DNA from: a virus
Length of the DNA stretch: 5,282 nucleotides
Reading direction: 5' to 3' (one strand)
IMG/VR virus record: IMGVR_UViG_3300029183_000168
Coordinates: 1-5,282 of that record
Part shown: in pieces, positions 1-3,259 of the stretch
Layout: every line of letters begins with the position of its first letter
How positions within the stretch are numbered: position 1 is the stretch's first letter
Program-made: the position numbers and the translations under genes
The notes under the pieces: generated by a model
Database searches by the model: none
Seen by the model: only the letters and a program-made list of their open reading frames with translations
Told to the model about the DNA's origin: nothing

Positions 1-99
1 ATGGACCAGAATATTCAGCATGCTCGTGCTGTTACTGCTAAGGAGAAGTGGCTTGGTGACCAGGAGTTGTTGAAGTATCGTGCTGCTGAGGCTCGTTAT
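1..99. repeat. Terminal direct repeat, copy 1. It is identical to 5184..5282 and marks the overlap of a circular-genome assembly.
   Basis: A base-by-base comparison of 1..99 (atggaccagaatattcagc...gaggctcgttat) with 5184..5282 shows an exact 99/99 match. The repeat lies inside one continuous reading frame. Confidence 0.95.
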
Positions 100-333
100 G
101 GCTTTTATTTTGATAAGGATGGTAACCCAAAGGCACCTTTGCGTAACTTGTTGCAGATGGAGCATAATGCATCTATGGCTAATACTGCGAGGAGTGTTTC
201 TGAGTCGCGGTTAAGTGCGTTGTCCATTCCTGAACGTAGAGCTTTGGCTAAATTGTTTGATCAGGTTGGTTCTGGTGGTAAGAGTGTTCAGTTATTGCTG
301 CCTTTGTTGAGTCGTTTAATGTCGAGGAATTAA
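1..333 (+). CDS. VP2: DNA pilot (minor capsid) protein VP2, C-terminal 110 codons. It continues 4860..5183 across the circular junction. The ATG at position 1 is internal codon 109, not a start.
   Basis: The distance 5184-4860 is 324 nt, which is divisible by 3, so the frame of 4860.. runs directly into 1..333. The stop TAA lies at 331..333. There is no upstream sequence or RBS because the window starts mid-gene. Confidence 0.85.
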   Translation: MDQNIQHARAVTAKEKWLGDQELLKYRAAEARYGFYFDKDGNPKAPLRNLLQMEHNASMANTARSVSESRLSALSIPERRALAKLFDQVGSGGKSVQLLLPLLSRLMSRN

Positions 334-335
334 TT

Positions 336-782
336 ATGGGTATGTTCACTCGTGATCCGCGTCCTGGTGTTGATACGGGTCCTGGCCGTACTAAGCAGTC
401 ATTTAGAGATGATTGCGATATTAATGTTATTGTAGAGAAGCATGCTAAGACTGGTTTTCTGAATGCTTTGCAGGTGCCACCGCCAATGTATTTGGATTTG
501 GCTAGTGTTCCTGACTATCAGACTGCGGCTAATTATATGGCTACGTCTGAACAGTATTTTATGACTTTGCCTGCCCAGGTACGTGCTGAGTTTCAGAATG
601 ATGTTTCGCAGTTTATTGATTTCCTTGCGCAACCTGATGCGCATGAGAGGTTGAAGGATGTTGGACTAGCGGCAATTGATGAGATTGCTGATGATCCTAA
701 GTTGCCTGAACCGGAGCCTGTGGCTGGAGCGGATGCCCCGGTGCCGGCACCGGATGTTCCTGCTACGGATGTAAATCCGTAA
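336..782 (+). CDS. VP3: Internal scaffolding protein VP3 (gokushovirus-type)
   Basis: The ORF encodes 148 aa. A GAGG at 324..327 lies 8 nt upstream of the ATG, and the start is 2 nt after the VP2 stop. The N-terminal ...TKQSFRDDCDINVIVEKHAKTG... block matches what I recall as the conserved gokushovirus VP3 signature. Its position after VP2 is canonical. A second in-frame ATG at 342 is an alternative start. Confidence 0.8.
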   Translation: MGMFTRDPRPGVDTGPGRTKQSFRDDCDINVIVEKHAKTGFLNALQVPPPMYLDLASVPDYQTAANYMATSEQYFMTLPAQVRAEFQNDVSQFIDFLAQPDAHERLKDVGLAAIDEIADDPKLPEPEPVAGADAPVPAPDVPATDVNP

Positions 783-793
783 TGTTTTTTCCC

Positions 794-863
794 TGGCGGC
801 GGTCCGTCTTTTCGTACGCGTGCGCGTTCACGCGCGCGTGTGTGGGATGACGGCCCGCCGCCA
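794..863. other. Nested GC-rich stem-loop made of an outer and an inner stem
   Basis: The outer stem pairs 794..806 (tggcggcggtccg) with 851..863 (cggcccgccgcca), 13 positions with 1 mismatch. The inner stem pairs 816..826 with 831..841 around the loop ttca, giving 11 pairs of which 2 are G-T. The tracts 815..826 and 829..844 are strictly alternating pyrimidine-purine. Confidence 0.7.
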
Positions 864-870
864 ATTCCTT

Positions 871-901
871 CCGCGCGTAGCGCGGGCCCGCGTTAAGCGG
901 G
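871..901. other. Two adjacent short GC hairpins that overlap a 12-nt perfect palindrome
   Basis: The first hairpin pairs ccgcgc (871..876) with gcgcgg (880..885) around the loop gta. The second pairs cccgc (887..891) with gcggg (897..901) around the loop gttaa. The palindrome CGCGGGCCCGCG at 881..892 is its own reverse complement. Confidence 0.65.
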
Positions 902-914
902 TATTATTAAAAGT

Positions 915-953
915 AAAAATCCGGGGTTGCCGAAGGCAACGCCGGATTTTTTT
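915..953. terminator. Bidirectional rho-independent terminator
   Basis: A GC-rich stem pairs 921..930 (ccggggttgc) with 936..945 (gcaacgccgg), 9 bp plus one G-G mismatch, around the loop cgaag. Seven T follow on the + strand (947..953). An A5 run (915..919) precedes the stem, which reads as a T5 run after the same hairpin on the minus strand. Confidence 0.8.
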
Positions 954-985
954 CCTTTGTATGGCGCCAAGGCTTCGCCTGCGCT

Positions 986-1062
986 GCACACTTACTTCTT
1001 GCTGTAAGTGTGCCGACTGACACCGTCAGTCAGAGGGGGCCCCCTTGACAGAGGACCCCCTC
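986..1062. other. Three consecutive perfect stem-loops
   Basis: The first pairs gcacacttac (986..995) with gtaagtgtgc (1004..1013), 10 bp, around the loop ttcttgct. The second pairs gactgac (1015..1021) with gtcagtc (1025..1031), 7 bp, around the loop acc. The third pairs gaggggg (1033..1039) with ccccctc (1056..1062), 7 bp. The third stem-loop also contains the 12-nt palindrome AGGGGGCCCCCT (1034..1045). Confidence 0.7.
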
Positions 1063-1073
1063 GGTGTTATGTT
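1045..1073 (+). promoter_or_regulatory. Candidate sigma70-type + strand promoter
   Basis: The -35 element TTGACA (1045..1050) is a perfect consensus. A 17-nt spacer follows, then an extended -10 TG (1065..1066) and the -10 hexamer TATGTT (1068..1073, 4/6). It sits just downstream of the terminator, which is the logical position for driving a genome-length + strand transcript. The predicted start is near 1080. Confidence 0.4.
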
Positions 1074-1077
1074 TAAT

Positions 1078-1338
1078 TTATTTCTTCTTCTTTGGTGTTT
1101 CGATCTCCATTTGGTTTGGATCGGTTTCGCTGTCTTCGAGGAAAAGTATGTATGCTGAGGTTTGGTCGATGATGGCTCTCTGCCTGCGAGCCTTTGTGAG
1201 TAGGTTGGCTCTCATGGCTGTGAGTGCTGGATTTCCTGCTGGTGCTTGTGCGAGGTTGTTGAGTTCGGCCTCGGTTGCCTCGAGCGCTGCTTGCTGGCGC
1301 TGGAGCTTTGCGCGTTCGCGCGTCAGCGGAGTGGTCAT
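1078..1338 (-). CDS. Hypothetical 86-aa hydrophilic, predicted helical or coiled-coil protein with a KKKK C-terminus, encoded opposite to all other genes
   Basis: The ATG start (1338..1336) is preceded on the minus strand by AACAAGGAGGTCAA, a strong SD with 4-nt spacing. The amino-acid composition is balanced and protein-like (MTTPLTRERAKLQRQQAALEATEAELNNLAQ...). Codon position 1 is purine-rich and T-poor. A candidate promoter lies upstream and a bidirectional terminator lies downstream. I recognise no family. The fully overlapping + strand ORF 1064..1342 looks like its shadow (see noticed_but_rejected). Confidence 0.5.
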   Translation of the reverse strand: MTTPLTRERAKLQRQQAALEATEAELNNLAQAPAGNPALTAMRANLLTKARRQRAIIDQTSAYILFLEDSETDPNQMEIETPKKKK

Positions 1339-1365
1339 TTGACCTCCTTGTTAAGTGATACGTGT

Positions 1366-1394
1366 AATATAGTTGTTTCTTGGTCGAAGCGCAA
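1366..1394 (-). promoter_or_regulatory. Candidate sigma70-type promoter for the minus-strand ORF
   Basis: Read on the minus strand, the -35 element is TTGCGC (1394..1389, 3/6), followed by a 17-nt spacer and the -10 hexamer TATATT (1371..1366, 5/6). This would give a leader of roughly 20 nt that carries the AAGGAGG SD. Confidence 0.3.
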
Positions 1395-1422
1395 GTGTTT
1401 TTTGTAACAGGAGTGTAACAGT

Positions 1423-1779
1423 ATGAAGACGTGTTTGCAGATTGATTACGAAAGCCTGCGGTATTTCGAGGCGGATGAGTTTGATCATCCTGAGCGGATG
1501 AGTTTAGACTTCCTGTTACTTCTCGATCGCGTGCGTGGGCATGCGGGAGTTCCGTTTAGAATTTCGAGTGATTGGCGTGGCGACTCCCGTTCCCACGATA
1601 GCGGTTGTGCTGTTGATGTTTTATATGAGAATGAGACTGAGTTGTGGCATATTGTTTTTTCAGCTCAGTTGCTTGGTATTCGTCGGATCGGTATTTATGA
1701 TGAGCATGTGCATCTTGACATTGCTGATCGGACGATTTTCTTGCCGTCGCCCCGAATGTGGCACGGTATTTCTCGTTAG
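1423..1779 (+). CDS. Zinc D,D- or L,D-peptidase of the LAS/M15 superfamily (Peptidase_M15_3 / DUF882-like); candidate peptidoglycan hydrolase or endolysin
   Basis: The ORF encodes 118 aa. An AGGAG lies 9 nt upstream of the ATG. The H-x2-G-x-A-x-D motif SHDSGCAVD supplies H58 (1594..1596) and D65 (1615..1617). The H-x-H motif HVHLD supplies H95 and H97 (1705..1713). The surrounding pattern is F..DEF......M...FL..LD.VR...G.PF.I.S.WR. No signal peptide or TM segment is present. Confidence 0.75.
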   Translation: MKTCLQIDYESLRYFEADEFDHPERMSLDFLLLLDRVRGHAGVPFRISSDWRGDSRSHDSGCAVDVLYENETELWHIVFSAQLLGIRRIGIYDEHVHLDIADRTIFLPSPRMWHGISR

Positions 1780-1794
1780 CCTTGGAGGCTAATT

Positions 1795-1923
1795 ATGGCG
1801 AAGCGTCGCCGGATGTCTGGTCGTGGTTCGCGCCGTCAGTTTTCCCGTAGTGCCGGCGCTGGTTCTGTCCACCCTAAAAATCGGCTGCGTGCGCGGCCGA
1901 TGCGCGGAGGTATTCGTCTATAA
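1795..1923 (+). CDS. Small arginine-rich DNA-binding/packaging protein (phiX174 J / gokushovirus ORF8-VP8 analogue)
   Basis: This ORF is not in the supplied track. It encodes 42 aa: MAKRRRMSGRGSRRQFSRSAGAGSVHPKNRLRARPMRGGIRL. A GGAGG at 1784..1788 lies 6 nt before the ATG. Twelve of the 42 residues are R. The ...HPKN..RARPMRGGIRL C-terminus matches my recollection of gokushovirus ORF8-type proteins. Confidence 0.75.
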   Translation: MAKRRRMSGRGSRRQFSRSAGAGSVHPKNRLRARPMRGGIRL

Positions 1924-2030
1924 TGCCGGATGAAGTGATTCAGGCTTTGTCGTATTTGGTTGTGGCTTTTGTGAGCTGGTTCTTGCCTGCTCCGCGTTCT
2001 AAGAGTAAGCGTACTCGTAAGGACGACTAA
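1923..2030 (+). CDS. Hypothetical 35-aa single-pass membrane peptide with a basic C-terminal tail; holin or single-gene-lysis candidate
   Basis: This ORF is not in the supplied track. It encodes MPDEVIQALSYLVVAFVSWFLPAPRSKSKRTRKDD. Its ATG overlaps the stop of the preceding gene (TAATG at 1921..1925). Its stop at 2028..2030 lies 3 nt before the VP4 ATG, so the ORF exactly fills an otherwise non-coding 110-nt gap. Wobble positions are T/G-rich like the other + strand genes. A hydrophobic core of about 19 residues is followed by RSKSKRTRK. Confidence 0.45.
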   Translation: MPDEVIQALSYLVVAFVSWFLPAPRSKSKRTRKDD

Positions 2031-2033
2031 GCT

Positions 2034-2972
2034 ATGCCTTGTTATAAGCCTGTATATGGTTCGTATGCCAGAGGTAAGTTTATTCCGACTGGTGGCCATG
2101 CTGGTGATACTGCGATGGGCAGTGTTTCTTTTGGTACGCCTATGAGTGTGCCTTGTGGACGTTGCATTGGTTGCCGGTTGGAGAATTCCCGGCAGTGGGC
2201 TGTGCGTATGATGCATGAGGCCCAGATGCATGATGAGGTTTGTTTTTTGACGCTCACCTATGACAATGATCATGTCCCTGAGGATTACGGTCTTGTTAAG
2301 GATGAGTTTCCTTTGTTCATGAAGCGGCTGCGTAAGGAGATTTCTAAAGGCGACGATGGCCCGTATGGGCATCGGCAGGTTTCGTATTTCCATTGTGGTG
2401 AGTATGGTGATGAACGCAAGCGGCCCCATTACCATGCTGCCATGTTTGGTATTGATTGGCATGAGGATAGAGTGCTTGCCCGCATGTCTAAGGGCGGTTA
2501 TCCCTTGCTGTGTTCTCCACGTCTTAATAAGACGTGGGGTAAAGGTGAAGTCACTATCGGTGACTTGACCTTCGAGTCTGCTGCGTATATTGCGCGTTAT
2601 GTGACTAAGAAGGTGACTGGTGCTAAAGCTGAGACTCACTATGAGCGTGTTGATAGTGAGACCGGTGAGATTTATTCTGTTGAGCCTGAGTTCGCCACCA
2701 TGTCGCGTAATCCTGCTATTGGTAAGCGGTGGATTGAGAAGTTCCATGAGGAAGTTTTTTCCCATGATGAGGTAATTTCGCGTGGCGTTCCTGCTAAACC
2801 TCCGAGGTATTATGATAAGTTCCACGAGAAGATTGACCCGGAGGCGGCGGAAGCCGTGCGTAGGAAGCGTATGCGTGCGTTTGACGCTCGCGAGGGTACT
2901 GCGTCGCGACTCGGTGTGCGTGAGGTGTGCGCTGAAGCTGGTTTGTCTTTAACTCCCCGAGGTGATGTGTGA
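2034..2972 (+). CDS. VP4: Rolling-circle replication initiator protein VP4 (HUH endonuclease, phiX174 A-like)
   Basis: The ORF encodes 312 aa. An AAGGA lies 10 nt upstream. The N-terminal PCGRCIGCRLENSRQWAVRMMHE block is present. Motif 1 is FLTLTYD. The HUH motif is PHYHAAMF, with H132-Y-H134 at 2427..2435. The twin catalytic tyrosines lie in YIARYVTKK, with Y185 at 2586..2588 and Y189 at 2598..2600. Confidence 0.92.
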   Translation: MPCYKPVYGSYARGKFIPTGGHAGDTAMGSVSFGTPMSVPCGRCIGCRLENSRQWAVRMMHEAQMHDEVCFLTLTYDNDHVPEDYGLVKDEFPLFMKRLRKEISKGDDGPYGHRQVSYFHCGEYGDERKRPHYHAAMFGIDWHEDRVLARMSKGGYPLLCSPRLNKTWGKGEVTIGDLTFESAAYIARYVTKKVTGAKAETHYERVDSETGEIYSVEPEFATMSRNPAIGKRWIEKFHEEVFSHDEVISRGVPAKPPRYYDKFHEKIDPEAAEAVRRKRMRAFDAREGTASRLGVREVCAEAGLSLTPRGDV

Positions 2973-3259
2973 AGATTTTTGCGATTTATGATGATAAGTC
3001 TATGGCTTTTCAGCGGCCGTTTCCTGGTGAGACGGCTGGAGTGGTTACTCGTTCGTTGACGGATGTAGTTAATGACCCCAACCATGAGTTTTGTAAGTAT
3101 ACTGAGGATTTTATTCTGCATGAGCTGGGTGAATTTGATGAGCGGACAGGCGTGATCACCCCTTGTGAGACTGGCCCTGTCGTCGTGTGCCGGCTCTCGG
3201 CGCTCAAGGTGACCGGGACCCCTGAGCTGGTCGACGAGGCCAGGGAGGCGATGAAATGA
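2969..3259 (+). CDS. Small conserved gokushovirus non-structural protein (ORF5-like), function unknown
   Basis: The ORF encodes 96 aa. Its GTG start at 2969 overlaps the VP4 stop (GTGA). A GAGG at 2959..2962 lies 6 nt upstream. The sequence (M)KIFAIYDDKSMAFQRPF...VNDPNHEFCKYTEDFILHELGEFDERTG resembles a small protein I recall between VP4 and VP1 in gokushoviruses. The first in-frame ATG is at 3002, which would remove the conserved-looking N-terminus. Confidence 0.7.
   Translation: MKIFAIYDDKSMAFQRPFPGETAGVVTRSLTDVVNDPNHEFCKYTEDFILHELGEFDERTGVITPCETGPVVVCRLSALKVTGTPELVDEAREAMK

Noticed and set aside
399-644. Several other minus-strand ORFs lie antisense to core genes: 399..644, 2042..2257, 2810..3271, 3010..3342, 3384..3575, 3445..3696, 3831..4205, 4189..4392, 4399..4587 and 4899..5204.
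   Set aside because: All of them overlap strongly supported + strand genes. Their products are low-complexity and I recognise no motifs. They lack the SD, promoter and terminator context that sets 1078..1338 apart.
820-1020. A 66-aa arginine- and cysteine-rich + strand ORF (GTG start) lies in the intergenic region.
   Set aside because: It runs straight through the GC hairpins and the intrinsic terminator and has no SD. Its composition simply reflects the CG-rich palindromes.
1067-1077. TTATGTTTAAT matches the XerD-binding arm of E. coli dif (TTATGTTAAAT) at 10 of 11 positions. This is of interest because some gokushoviruses are reported to integrate at dif through XerCD.
   Set aside because: The positions where the central region and XerC arm should lie (1050..1066, agaggaccccctcggtg) show no resemblance to dif. 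A 10/11 half-site in an AT-rich stretch is within chance expectation for about 10 kb of two-strand sequence. The same bases are already explained as the -10 region of the + promoter and the end of the minus-strand ORF. It would be worth rechecking against the dif of the true host if that becomes known.
1064-1342. A + strand 92-aa hydrophobic ORF (GTG start) lies directly upstream of the peptidase. An internal ATG at 1148 is preceded by GAGGA. It is tempting to call it a two-TM holin.
   Set aside because: It shares wobble positions with the minus-strand ORF 1078..1338. Its product contains no D, N, Q, H or T and only one each of K, E and P, while it is rich in S, A, C, W and F. That composition is typical of a shadow frame. 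The GTG at 1064 lies upstream of the predicted + strand transcription start near 1080. The A-poor wobble positions on the + strand keep this frame free of stops without any selection. It is not fully excluded, and frame-specific conservation in relatives would decide the matter.
1339-1373. TTGACC (1339..1344) together with TAATAT (1365..1370) or TATAGT (1368..1373) could be a + strand promoter just upstream of the peptidase gene.
   Set aside because: The spacers are 20 and 23 nt, outside the functional 16-19 nt range. The TTGACC is simply the reverse complement of part of the minus-strand SD region. The promoter at 1045..1073 is a much better candidate.
1471-1505. A 12-nt direct repeat gcggatgagttt occurs at 1471..1482 and 1494..1505 inside the peptidase gene.
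   Set aside because: The two copies are read in different codon phases (ADEF versus RMSL). About one repeated 12-mer is expected by chance in a window of this size.
1836-2825. A 329-aa ORF on the minus strand is the second-longest ORF in the track.
   Set aside because: It lies largely antisense to the well-supported VP4 gene. Its product is low-complexity and rich in R, T, I, L and N, with no recognisable motifs. It starts with no evident SD. I read it as a shadow ORF caused by the strand and codon-position bias of VP4.
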